From: Candidatus Saccharimonadales bacterium
GTDB lineage: Bacteria > Patescibacteriota > Saccharimonadia > Saccharimonadales > UBA4665
DNA: 64,000 nucleotides
Assembly (NCBI GenBank): GCA_035545275.1
Contig: DASZYT010000001.1
Coordinates: forward strand, 6,143 to 70,142
Direction: 5' to 3'
The position numbers were made by a program, and so were the translations under genes. Numbering within the stretch: the stretch's first letter is position 1; each line of letters begins with the position of its first letter. The notes beneath the pieces are model-generated. The model did no database searches and was not told the origin of the DNA. It was given only the letters and a program-made list of their open reading frames with translations. This document shows, in pieces, positions 1 through 7,707 of the stretch.

Positions 1-404
1 CGTTCTGCCTCACTTTTTTTGCTGGACGCTTCGGACTGCGCCTGTTGTGCCTCTATGGATTTTTCGCGGGCTTCTTCCTTGAGTTTTTCCCGTTCCTCTT
101 CATTGTCTTCGGCTTCTTTTCTCTTTTCCTCGGCTTCGTGCTCTGCCTCTTCCGCCTCGCTCTCAGCCTCGTCAGCTTCTTCGGCTTTCTTTTCCCCCTC
201 TTTTTTCTTTTCTTCCTTTTCCTCCGCTTCTTTCTCCATCTCCTGGGCCTCTTTTTCTGCTTCCTCTGCCTTTTTCTTTTTCTCTTCGCTCTCCGATTTT
301 TTACTTTCTGCTTCCTGCTTCAGGCTCTCTGCTTCCGATTTGAGCTTTTCGGCCTCTTCCTTTTTTGACTCGGCTTCGCGCTTGAGATCATCTGGACCGG
401 GCAT
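1..404 (-). CDS. Glu/Lys/Ala-rich low-complexity (coiled-coil-like) protein, N-terminal ~134 codons; gene continues past the left edge
   Basis: The minus-strand frame is open from ATG at comp(402-404) (AAGGAA upstream) down to nt 1. It translates MPGPDDLKREAESKKEEAEKLKSEAESLKQEAESKK..., almost only E/K/A/S. The + strand S/F/L-rich ORFs 19-459 and 45-368 are its antisense mirror. Confidence 0.55.
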   Translation of the reverse strand, partial: MPGPDDLKREAESKKEEAEKLKSEAESLKQEAESKKSESEEKKKKAEEAEKEAQEMEKEAEEKEEKKKEGEKKAEEADEAESEAEEAEHEAEEKRKEAEDNEEEREKLKEEAREKSIEAQQAQSEASSKKSEAE

Positions 405-521
405 AGGGGTTCCTTTCTTTAGGATGCAGTGTATCGAAGCGGGGAACAGAGCGCAGTAACATATCCGACTGCCTTGTTGGCTAGGCGCTGATATGCTGAA
501 TGGGTTAAATGGAGTATACGT

Positions 522-836
522 ATGCCGCCAGACGAACCGACCGACGAGGAGCGTTTAGAGCAAGAGGCACAAGACTATGACACCCCGTTCCATCCGGCCG
601 ATCCCAACCCGCCCGACACAGCAGGAGATGAAAGCCGCACCGAGCGAGCCGCCGAGCCGGGCAGCACCTATCCGCAAGGCGACTCAAACGTACAAAAGGA
701 GGAATTGTATGATGCAGGCGAGGGAGCTGCCATGGGTGTACCAGAGGTGCCAAACGTCGGTAATGCAGTGACAGACTACACCCCGAACCAGAGCGATTCA
801 CCGGATGATTCAGACAATTCTAAGCAAGCTGCGTAA
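522..836 (+). CDS. acidic Pro/Asp/Glu-rich hypothetical protein, probably disordered
   Basis: ATG 522 is preceded by GGAG. The 104-aa product MPPDEPTDEERLEQEAQDYDTPFHP... has no hydrophobic core and no motif I recognise. Confidence 0.5.
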   Translation: MPPDEPTDEERLEQEAQDYDTPFHPADPNPPDTAGDESRTERAAEPGSTYPQGDSNVQKEELYDAGEGAAMGVPEVPNVGNAVTDYTPNQSDSPDDSDNSKQAA

Positions 837-903
837 AAATTCTCATAGAGCTCATGGCTGGCTGCGCCTACTATGGAGCTACTAACGTAACAGAAAGGAG
901 GGC

Positions 904-1074
904 ATGATGACAAAAGCCTCGCGTAATCCTGGCAACTTCGCAAATGACCGTAAACGTGCAAGCATGGCTGGTCGTCGTGGCGGTTCGATAAGTCCTGGCA
1001 ACTTCAAGTTCAATCCCAAACGTGCAAGTGAGGCTGGTAAGCTAGGTGGTTCCCGTCGCAAGACCCCCGCATAG
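904..1074 (+). CDS. small KGG-repeat general-stress-type protein (YciG/GsiB-like), 56 aa
   Basis: Below the 60-aa cutoff of the ORF track. ATG 904 follows AAAGGAGGG. Product MMTKASRNPGNFANDRKRASMAGRRGGSISPGNFKFNPKRASEAGKLGGSRRKTPA has two PGNF..(K/R)RAS.AG..GG repeats. A terminator follows. Confidence 0.6.
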   Translation: MMTKASRNPGNFANDRKRASMAGRRGGSISPGNFKFNPKRASEAGKLGGSRRKTPA

Positions 1075-1103
1075 CATCAGTAAGCCTATCCCCGGCTCGC
1101 CCT

Positions 1104-1139
1104 AAGAGACTGCTTACGCCCGGCAGTCTCTTTTCTTTT
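1104..1139 (+). terminator. rho-independent terminator after the KGG-repeat gene
   Basis: 10-bp stem AAGAGACTGC (1104-1113) / GCAGTCTCTT (1123-1132), 9-nt loop, then TTTTCTTTT. Confidence 0.6.
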
Positions 1140-1143
1140 GAAT

Positions 1144-1881
1144 CTAGTTTTCCTGGCGGCGCAACGTTACGGCGCCAAAGGTCAAGGCGGCAATGCAAAA
1201 GAGGGCCACGATGACCAGATCGCGCACGAACGTCCCGCTCCACGATACGTGCGTGGTTGCCTGACGCATCGCCTCTACCACGTAGGTGAGGGGGCAGACG
1301 TCAGAAATCCACTGCAGCACCACCGCCATGTGTTCGCGCGGCACAAAGAATCCGCCGATGAGTAGTTGCGGCATGATGAATGTGGGCATAAATTGTACGG
1401 CTTGATACTCAGTGGTCGCGAATGCACTCAAAAACAAACCAATCGTCATGCCCAACAAACCGGCCAGTACAGCGGAGGTAAACACCGCTCCCGTGCCACC
1501 TAATACATGCACACCCAGGAATCCCAGCGTGACGCCCACATCGATACAGCATTGCAGTATTGCCAGCGAAACGAAGGCCAGCCCATAGCCAAGCATGAGC
1601 TCGAGCTTCGTCATGGGCAGGGTCATGATGCGCTCCATAGTGCCGCCGGTGCGCTCACGCAACATGGCAATGGACGTTACCAAAAACATAGCGATGAGCG
1701 GAAAGACACCCAAAATCATCGGTGCAATACGATCAAATTGAGCCGGTTCGTCGTTGTAGACATACTTTAAGATAACAATGAGCACGCAAGGGACGAATAA
1801 TACCAAAGCCAGTGTGCGCGGGTCGTGCTTGAGCTGGCGAAGAACACGGGCGGTGGTAGCGAGGGTACGCTTGCGGTTCAT
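1144..1881 (-). CDS. ABC-2 type transporter permease
   Basis: 245 aa from ATG comp(1879-1881): MNRKRTLATTARVLRQLKHDPRTLALVLFVP..., with multiple TM helices. ATGA start/stop overlap with the ATPase gene. The longer track ORF (to 2088) overlaps the ATPase gene and is rejected. Confidence 0.8.
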   Translation of the reverse strand: MNRKRTLATTARVLRQLKHDPRTLALVLFVPCVLIVILKYVYNDEPAQFDRIAPMILGVFPLIAMFLVTSIAMLRERTGGTMERIMTLPMTKLELMLGYGLAFVSLAILQCCIDVGVTLGFLGVHVLGGTGAVFTSAVLAGLLGMTIGLFLSAFATTEYQAVQFMPTFIMPQLLIGGFFVPREHMAVVLQWISDVCPLTYVVEAMRQATTHVSWSGTFVRDLVIVALFCIAALTFGAVTLRRQEN

Positions 1882-2603
1882 GCCGGTGCTCCTTCGATAA
1901 GTTTTATAAATGCATCTTCGAGCGTGGCGGTGTGGGTGTGCGTGCGCAGCTGCGCCTCGGTGCCCGTGGCCAATATCTCTCCATCGTGTATCAGCAGCAG
2001 GTGGTCGCAATGGCTGGCCTCGTCCATGACGTGGCTGGAAATGAGCAAGGTGGTGCCGGTGGCGGCCAGCTGTTTGAAGTGCCGCCACAACTCATGGCGC
2101 AATATAGGATCGATGCCGACAGTGGGCTCGTCGAGTACCAGTAGGGGCGGACTACTGAGCAAGGCTATGGCCAGCGACAAACGGGACTTTTGGCCGCCAG
2201 AGAGGGTAGCTCCTACCTGGTGCGCTTGGGGCGTCAGACTCAATTGTTCAAGTAATTCATGAATGCGTGCTTTTGGGACACCCACCAAGGACGCAAAATA
2301 GCGCAAGTTCTCATACACCGTCAGGTCGCTATACATGGAGGGCAACTGGGTCATATATCCTACCTGTTTGCGCAGGGCATGCGAACCTGCGCGCTTGCCC
2401 AGCACCGTAACATGTCCGTGGGTCGGTTTTTGGCGGCCTACGATAGTACGGAACAGGGTAGTTTTGCCAGCGCCCGACGGGCCCAGTACGCCCACAATAG
2501 AACCGGACGGTATCGTAAGGTTTATGTCGTGCAGTATGACGGCATTGCCCTTTTTTACGCTCAACTTTTTTATCTCAACAGCGGGCTGCATTACACCTAT
2601 CAT
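1878..2603 (-). CDS. ABC transporter ATP-binding protein
   Basis: Walker A GPSGAGKTT, signature LSGGQ, Walker B LLVLDEPT, H-loop SSHV. Confidence 0.9.
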   Translation of the reverse strand: MIGVMQPAVEIKKLSVKKGNAVILHDINLTIPSGSIVGVLGPSGAGKTTLFRTIVGRQKPTHGHVTVLGKRAGSHALRKQVGYMTQLPSMYSDLTVYENLRYFASLVGVPKARIHELLEQLSLTPQAHQVGATLSGGQKSRLSLAIALLSSPPLLVLDEPTVGIDPILRHELWRHFKQLAATGTTLLISSHVMDEASHCDHLLLIHDGEILATGTEAQLRTHTHTATLEDAFIKLIEGAPA

Positions 2604-2620
2604 ACTGCTTATGGCTACAA

Positions 2621-2651
2621 CAACAAAACACCCCGGTTTCCCGGGGTGTTT
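2621..2651 (-). terminator. rho-independent terminator of the GlsB-like gene
   Basis: Hairpin ACACCCCGG-TTTC-CCGGGGTGT. On the minus strand it is followed by TTTTGTTG, about 20 nt after the stop at 2672. Confidence 0.55.
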
Positions 2652-2671
2652 AGAACATCAAACCCAAACTG

Positions 2672-2941
2672 CTAATACGTGTGCGTATGACGCGGACGCT
2701 GTAAGGCATTGAGGATTGCTACAAGCACGATTGCTCCGATAAACGACCAGAACAGCCCGCTCCAGCTAAAGGCCAGGTAAGCGCGGTCAGCACCGGTAGT
2801 CCAGTATGACAAAATACTTCCTAAGAAGGCACCAACAATTCCAATGATCATACTGCCCAATACGCCTTCACGACGTCCCATAACGGCTGCCGCCAACCAG
2901 CCTACAATTGCTCCCAGAATCAAAAATGCGATAATTCCCAT
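2672..2941 (-). CDS. GlsB/YeaQ/YmgE-family (transglycosylase-associated) stress membrane protein
   Basis: 89 aa with three Gly-rich TM helices: MGIIAFLILGAIVGWLAAAVMGRREGVLGSMIIGIVGAFLGS... Confidence 0.8.
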   Translation of the reverse strand: MGIIAFLILGAIVGWLAAAVMGRREGVLGSMIIGIVGAFLGSILSYWTTGADRAYLAFSWSGLFWSFIGAIVLVAILNALQRPRHTHTY

Positions 2942-3178
2942 ACACCTTCCTTTCGTTAGGTTCTATTGCTTACCCAGTGTCTACTTATACGTGGGTCGTT
3001 GAGGGCATGCCAAAACCGTACTCAAAGCTGTGTGAGAACTTCGGCAAGTCGTGGCACTGCGTACGTATATCTCTCTCCATCGCCTGGTCTCCGTTTACCT
3101 TACTCTTACAGCCTACGGGAATAAAAGAAGGGGGACTATAAGTTTTCTTACAACCTACTTTTACGCTGCTGACAAGTA

Positions 3179-3973
3179 TTATGTCTCTTCTCCAAGCCGA
3201 TTTTGGCTCGGGTCGAGCATGCGCGTGATGGCTGCCTGGATCTGGTCGTCGGGTGTGGCCTGGGGCGAAGGCTTTTCGCGGCGGGGCATGGGCAACCCCT
3301 TGGCTTTGCGCTCAACGAGCTGTTGGACATATTCGGCATGCTCATCGTGATAGTCATTGACATAGAAGGGGGCGCTGAACCGGTCGATAAGTCGTTGCAG
3401 AGCCTCGACTTCAGAGGGGTTCGACTTGGGCAACGGGCGCGTTTTGATGTCGCTGCGCGGCACGATCTCATCGGCAAAGCGTAGTTGGTGCAACACCAGC
3501 AGGTCGCCCGCGACGCCTAGCGCGCCGATGTGCTCTTTGCTCATGATAACGAACTGGGTGATGGCAAGCTTGTCGCTACGCACCAAGGCTTCACGCAGTA
3601 GCGCATAGGCCCGTTCGCCACCGGCGCCCGGCGTAATGTAATACGGCTTTTCGTAGTAGATAGGGTTGATGTCGCCTGGCTCGCAAAATTGCTTTACGTC
3701 GATGGTCTTGAGGTGGGGTGTGCCGGTTTGTTCCAGCTCCTGGTCGGTGAGGGTCACGAACTTGCCTGGCTCCACCTCGACGGCCCGTACGACCTCATCA
3801 GCTCTGACTTCTTCGTGCGTAACACTGCTGCGCAATACGCGGTGCACCGGTTTGCCGTCTTTCTCGGACAATTGCACAAAACGGGGCCGGGCAGAACGGC
3901 TGGCGCTATACAGGCGCACTGGCACACCTAGTTGTCCGATGGTGATGAATCCTTGCCAGCTTGCACGTGCCAT
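3179..3973 (-). CDS. ku: Ku protein (non-homologous end joining DNA-end-binding protein)
   Basis: 264 aa from ATG comp(3971-3973) with a GGGGGAG RBS. MARASWQGFITIGQLGVPVRLYSA...INPIYYEKPYYITPG...LLVLHQLRFADE is a typical bacterial Ku core, followed by a basic/Pro-rich tail. The upstream extension to 4057 is not needed. Confidence 0.85.
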   Translation of the reverse strand: MARASWQGFITIGQLGVPVRLYSASRSARPRFVQLSEKDGKPVHRVLRSSVTHEEVRADEVVRAVEVEPGKFVTLTDQELEQTGTPHLKTIDVKQFCEPGDINPIYYEKPYYITPGAGGERAYALLREALVRSDKLAITQFVIMSKEHIGALGVAGDLLVLHQLRFADEIVPRSDIKTRPLPKSNPSEVEALQRLIDRFSAPFYVNDYHDEHAEYVQQLVERKAKGLPMPRREKPSPQATPDDQIQAAITRMLDPSQNRLGEET

Positions 3974-4219
3974 TGCTCCCCCTTTACTCCAGCGTAAGGC
4001 AACGTACTTTGGTGGGCAGTGAGCAATTTCACCAATAAAGTGCTGGTGTATTGCCATAAATGTGATATAGTACGGCTACTAGAAGTAAGCTGCTAGTTGT
4101 TCCAACCTAAACGGAATCGTTCTAGACAATTTAAGTAAATGTAAGTGTTCGCGTGAGGAGCAGCTAACTGGATCAGACGAATAGGAAGGCCAGATTACCT
4201 CGGAACATGAGAGGAAAAA

Positions 4220-4507
4220 ATGGCTACAAAGCTATTTGTCGGGTCACTCCCGTATTCAACAACTGACGACGAGCTCCAAGAGCTCTTCGCTAACGTCGGC
4301 ACCGTGGTGTCTGCCAAGGTCATTTTCGACCGCGAAACCAACCGCTCTAAGGGCTTTGGTTTTGTCGAAATGAGCTCTGACGATGAAGCCAAGGCTGCTA
4401 TCGACAAGCTGAACGGCACCGACTTCGGCGGCCGCAGCCTGATCGTCAACGAAGCTCGTCCGCAGGAAAAGCGCGAGCCTCGTTCGTTCGGCGGCAACCG
4501 CTACTAA
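4220..4507 (+). CDS. RNA-binding protein with one RRM domain
   Basis: RNP-2 LFVGSL, RNP-1 KGFGFVEM, Arg/Gly-rich C-tail; 95 aa. Confidence 0.85.
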   Translation: MATKLFVGSLPYSTTDDELQELFANVGTVVSAKVIFDRETNRSKGFGFVEMSSDDEAKAAIDKLNGTDFGGRSLIVNEARPQEKREPRSFGGNRY

Positions 4508-4526
4508 TTCTATCCAAGAATTAGCT

Positions 4527-4554
4527 AAAACCGGCCCTTGTGGCCGGTTTTTTG
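4527..4554 (+). terminator. rho-independent terminator
   Basis: AAAACCGGCC-CTTGT-GGCCGGTTTTTT immediately after the RRM gene. Confidence 0.7.
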
Positions 4555-4686
4555 CTGATAAGGGTACTTTAAAAGTGACCCAGAGCCACGGTCTACAATC
4601 TTGTTTGGCTTTTAGTAAGCGTGACTAATGGTACAGAAATAACGTGCCCATTCTCACATACTAAAAACGTAAGTGTGGAGGTAGCT

Positions 4687-4866
4687 ATGGCAGACAAGAT
4701 AACATACAAAAACACCGGCGGCTTCGCTTATTTTTTGGCATTTCTGGGTGCGGCAGTGTACTACATCCAGCAGTCTAACGGAGCAGGCGAGGCGTTTGTG
4801 GCGTTCCTAAAAGCCTGTGTCTGGCCCGCCTTTTTGGTGTACGACCTGCTGCAGCATATCGCCTGA
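4687..4866 (+). CDS. small two-TM membrane protein (59 aa)
   Basis: ATG 4687 is preceded by GGAGG. Product MADKITYKNTGGFAYFLAFLGAAVYYIQQSNGAGEAFVAFLKACVWPAFLVYDLLQHIA. The track ORF starts earlier (4621) without an RBS. Confidence 0.4.
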   Translation: MADKITYKNTGGFAYFLAFLGAAVYYIQQSNGAGEAFVAFLKACVWPAFLVYDLLQHIA

Positions 4867-4905
4867 GGTGTGCCCTTTGCCTGGCTCAAGGTAGCTTATC
4901 GGGGG

Positions 4906-5625
4906 CTAACTCTCTAGGCTGGCGAATACAACGGTGCGGTTTTTAAACACGCTTTTGCCGCCCACGACGTCCCAAGTGCAGGTCATCAGGTTCAAGCCGG
5001 GTTTTCCAGGGTTGATCGGCGACAATACGGCATTCATGTCAACGTTGTCTGCCGGATAGGTTTTTTGTGAAACAACGGCGTAGACGTAAGCCTTACTGTC
5101 GCCGCGGATGATAGTAATTTTGTCACCTGGCCGTAATGTGTGCAGACTATAGAATATACCGCCGGTACCCCAGCCGGCGACATGCCCGTCTATAAACATC
5201 GCTCCTGGCTGCCCTGGCTTGGCGCTTTTGTCGTACCATCCGGTGTCGTAGCTTGACCCCGGCGTAGCTATATGGCCGTCACTTAGTACACCAAGCGCCA
5301 GAACACGTACCTTTTCGATGCCCAACTTGGGGATACTGATATATCTCGGCAACGTCGGGGCGACACGATAGCTCTCGACTTGCTGCCTAGACGGTTTTGC
5401 GATAGGGGCGGGTGCCTGCACTTCGCCTGGGCTCAGCACCTGCACGATTGGAGGCGGTGTTGCGTTGGACTCATGGCGCCATAATGCAATCGCCTCAGCG
5501 CCCATGACTAGCCCGGCAAGTATGAGCATACATGCGATCACTCTAGCGCTAGATGCGTGGCTTTTCCTGCTCACATACAACCGCGGCATAGGGCTTACTG
5601 ATGCTTGTGTTTGCGGTTTTGCCAA
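4906..5625 (-). CDS. sortase-family transpeptidase (class E/F-like), membrane anchored
   Basis: N-terminal TM helix, His in FIDGHVAG, and a catalytic Cys in LNLMTCT (TLxTC-type). The start is ambiguous: 5625 overlaps the upstream gene by 31 nt, and ATG at comp(5587-5589) is the alternative. Confidence 0.7.
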   Translation of the reverse strand: MAKPQTQASVSPMPRLYVSRKSHASSARVIACMLILAGLVMGAEAIALWRHESNATPPPIVQVLSPGEVQAPAPIAKPSRQQVESYRVAPTLPRYISIPKLGIEKVRVLALGVLSDGHIATPGSSYDTGWYDKSAKPGQPGAMFIDGHVAGWGTGGIFYSLHTLRPGDKITIIRGDSKAYVYAVVSQKTYPADNVDMNAVLSPINPGKPGLNLMTCTWDVVGGKSVFKNRTVVFASLES

Positions 5626-7292
5626 AGCACAGTCAGGCCGGCTCCAATCGCTCCAAGGGCCCCTATACCTAGAGCCTCGACGATTGGGTTAGGAAAGTTG
5701 CGTGCTACATAGCTGGTATCGGGGGCGGCCGGAGCCGACACAACCGTTAGGACAACGTCATTGCCAGTACTTCCCTTGTAGGAGATCTTAAACGTGTCGG
5801 CGCCGACTTTGAAGGTCGCGCCTTCTGCCAGACCGGTGAACGTACCAGTTACGGCGTCAGAGCCGTCGTTTTGGATAATCGTGTAGCTTTCTCCGGTCTT
5901 GGGAGCGTAATTGTTGTAGAGGCTGACGTTTAGGGCGCCTGAAATGCTCACGGTACCGGTAACATTTATCTGGTCATAGCCGCTACAGGCTGTCGTACCG
6001 CCAATCTGGAATGCGTATGATCCATTGAGTGTCAGGTTGCCAGAGGCCAAGCATCCCGGGCTGTGTCCGGGCGCTACGGTACCACCGCTGTTAACGGTCA
6101 GGGCGCCGACTGAACCGGAACCTTCTAGGGTACCCCCGCTGGCAACCGTTGTGTCTCCCTGTACGCCGTCAACCGAAACTGCATATGCGCTACCGATGTA
6201 TAGGTTTACGTCGGGATGGTTACCGGTCAATGTCTTGCTGACCACTGCCGGATTGTACGTGCCGTTGCTCATGCTTGATGTATTGTTACTGCTATCGACG
6301 ACCAGTTTGCCGCCATATGTGACTCCGGGCAGCGTGAATTTGTGCCCGCCGCTAAACGGTCCGGTCAGCGTGGTTGTCGTAGCTTTGCCGCCAAACGTAA
6401 CGTCGGTTGACAGTGTTATGTGCCCAGTCAGTGTAAAGGCTTGGTCGGAAGTAGCCGCACTATATATGACCCCATTGAACATGCCGCCGAAGCACACCGA
6501 TCCGACCCCAAGCTTCGCGGTTGGTTCGAGGCCAGAAGGGTAAGAGCTGGCTCCGCTCAGAGTAATGTCGTTCGAGAACGTCGCAGCTCCTAGTGCACAT
6601 CCGCCCACGCCAAGGCTCGCACCGTCGCCGACAGTCAATGACGCCGTACCGACTGAGCTGGAAGTAGCTGCGCTCAACACTCCCGAGGTCGCGTCGATCG
6701 TGCCGCTAAAGGTACTGCCCGTCCCCGAGAAACTGACACTTCCCCCGTAGAGGGTGTCGTCACCGGTGGTTGTGATGTTACCACTGCCGGCGATAGCTCC
6801 CGTAAACATCAGGCCGCCATGTCCCGCCGCCAGTGTGGGGTTGCCTGCAAACGTCAGGCTGTTATCAAATCGCAGTGGGTTGGTTAGCGTGGAGTCTGTG
6901 CTGGTGGTGGTGTTAGAAATATTCCCCGTAATGGTCAGTGCATCCCCGCCAATATTCAGCCCGAAAAAGTCGCCGGTACTGCCACCATTTGGCCACGTGT
7001 TTGCGCCGCTAAATGTAATATTGTTGACGCTCAGGCCGCTCAGGTCGTTATTCAGGGTCGCGTAATCCGTTCCTAGGGCAGATATCGGGAAGACCAGACT
7101 GTCTCCGTTTTGCGGTACGGTGCTGCCGCAACTACTCCAGTTGGCAGAGTCACTAAAGGTCGCCCCGTCCCCACCCCCGGTCCAGGTACAGTTATTCCCG
7201 GCGGCGAAAGCCGTCCCGAGGTTGACAAACATCAGCGAATACACGCCCACGACCAGCGAGGTGCTGATGTGGAGCAATCTCCGAATTTTCAT
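5595..7292 (-). CDS. large secreted Gly/Thr/Ser-rich beta-helix surface protein with PATR-like (autotransporter-associated beta-strand) repeats and a C-terminal anchor
   Basis: Signal peptide MKIRRLLHISTSLVVGVYSLMFVNLGTAFA. The C-terminal module ..GGTLEGSGSVGALTVNSGGTVAPGHSPG..YDQINVTGTVSISGALNVSL..G.FTG.. is PATR-like. It ends in a hydrophobic helix plus QNRKHKHQ. Confidence 0.7.
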   Translation of the reverse strand: MKIRRLLHISTSLVVGVYSLMFVNLGTAFAAGNNCTWTGGGDGATFSDSANWSSCGSTVPQNGDSLVFPISALGTDYATLNNDLSGLSVNNITFSGANTWPNGGSTGDFFGLNIGGDALTITGNISNTTTSTDSTLTNPLRFDNSLTFAGNPTLAAGHGGLMFTGAIAGSGNITTTGDDTLYGGSVSFSGTGSTFSGTIDATSGVLSAATSSSVGTASLTVGDGASLGVGGCALGAATFSNDITLSGASSYPSGLEPTAKLGVGSVCFGGMFNGVIYSAATSDQAFTLTGHITLSTDVTFGGKATTTTLTGPFSGGHKFTLPGVTYGGKLVVDSSNNTSSMSNGTYNPAVVSKTLTGNHPDVNLYIGSAYAVSVDGVQGDTTVASGGTLEGSGSVGALTVNSGGTVAPGHSPGCLASGNLTLNGSYAFQIGGTTACSGYDQINVTGTVSISGALNVSLYNNYAPKTGESYTIIQNDGSDAVTGTFTGLAEGATFKVGADTFKISYKGSTGNDVVLTVVSAPAAPDTSYVARNFPNPIVEALGIGALGAIGAGLTVLWQNRKHKHQ

Positions 7293-7338
7293 TATTTTTT
7301 ACCTTTTCTTTTAGTACTTAGATAACGCTTATGCTATG

Positions 7339-7367
7339 ACTATAGTCATGCCTCTTAAGATAGTCAA
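7339..7367 (-). promoter_or_regulatory. sigma70-like promoter of the surface-protein/sortase operon
   Basis: On the minus strand: TTGACT (7367-7362), 17-nt spacer, TATAGT (7344-7339), about 45 nt upstream of ATG 7292. Confidence 0.45.
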
Positions 7368-7446
7368 ATGCATTCCTATGCCGCTCCGCTTACCAGGTTT
7401 AGCCTTGATATCAAAAAGCCCATCACTACGGACGGGATCCTTTGTT

Positions 7447-7530
7447 TGGAGGGCCAGGAGGACAATCGCACGGCTGCAGCCGTACTCGGAACAAATTCCT
7501 GCGCGTGGCTTTGCCGACCGAACCCTCGAC
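7447..7530 (-). pseudogene. partial copy of the 3' third of tRNA-Lys with a 56-nt insert in the T-loop
   Basis: On the minus strand: GTCGAGGGTTCG (7530-7519, identical to the tRNA), then a 56-nt insert (7518-7463), then TCCTCCTGGCCCTCCA (7462-7447). The last segment is the tRNA 3' end including CCA, 15/15 identical, with one T-stem nt missing. There is no 5' acceptor strand. Confidence 0.4.
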
Positions 7531-7586
7531 CACGAGCTTTTGCATGCGCAAAACCTCTGTCTCGGGTTCAAGCCCAGCCAACCACG

Positions 7587-7613
7587 AAAAAAGCCGAGTC
7601 ATAAAGACTCGAC
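7587..7613 (-). terminator. rho-independent terminator directly after tRNA-Lys
   Basis: On the minus strand: GTCGAGTC-TTTAT-GACTCGGC followed by TTTTTT, starting 9 nt after the tRNA CCA. Confidence 0.6.
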
Positions 7614-7621
7614 TTCTTTCG

Positions 7622-7698
7622 TGGAGGGCCAGGAGGGACTCGAACCCTCGACATTCTGCTTAAGAGGCAGACGCTCTAACCAGCTGAGCTACTGGCCC
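7622..7698 (-). tRNA. tRNA-Lys (anticodon CTT), CCA encoded
   Basis: Hand-folded 77-nt cloverleaf: GGGCCAG TA GCTC AGCTGGTTA GAGC G TCTGC CTCTTAA GCAGA ATGTC GAGGG TTCGAGT CCCTC CTGGCCC T CCA. Confidence 0.95.
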
Positions 7699-7707
7699 TC
7701 GTCGGTA

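Noticed and set aside
19-459. Two overlapping + strand ORFs (19-459, 45-368) encoding Ser/Phe/Leu-rich low-complexity proteins.
   Set aside because: They are the antisense mirror of a minus-strand Glu/Lys-rich gene that has a proper ATG and RBS at 402-404. Their composition (poly-S/F/L) is what GAA/AAG-rich coding gives on the opposite strand.
1882-2088. N-terminal extension of the ABC permease ORF (track ORF 1144-2088).
   Set aside because: The extension overlaps the ATPase gene by 200 nt and is Arg/His/Pro-rich nonsense. The internal ATG at 1881 gives the classic ATGA coupling.
7480-7590. A possible second tRNA on the + strand (GGGTTCAAGCCC T-loop-like, ..CCAACCACG end).
   Set aside because: I could not build an acceptor stem, D-arm or 7-nt anticodon loop. 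Only a 3-bp T-stem-like helix exists.
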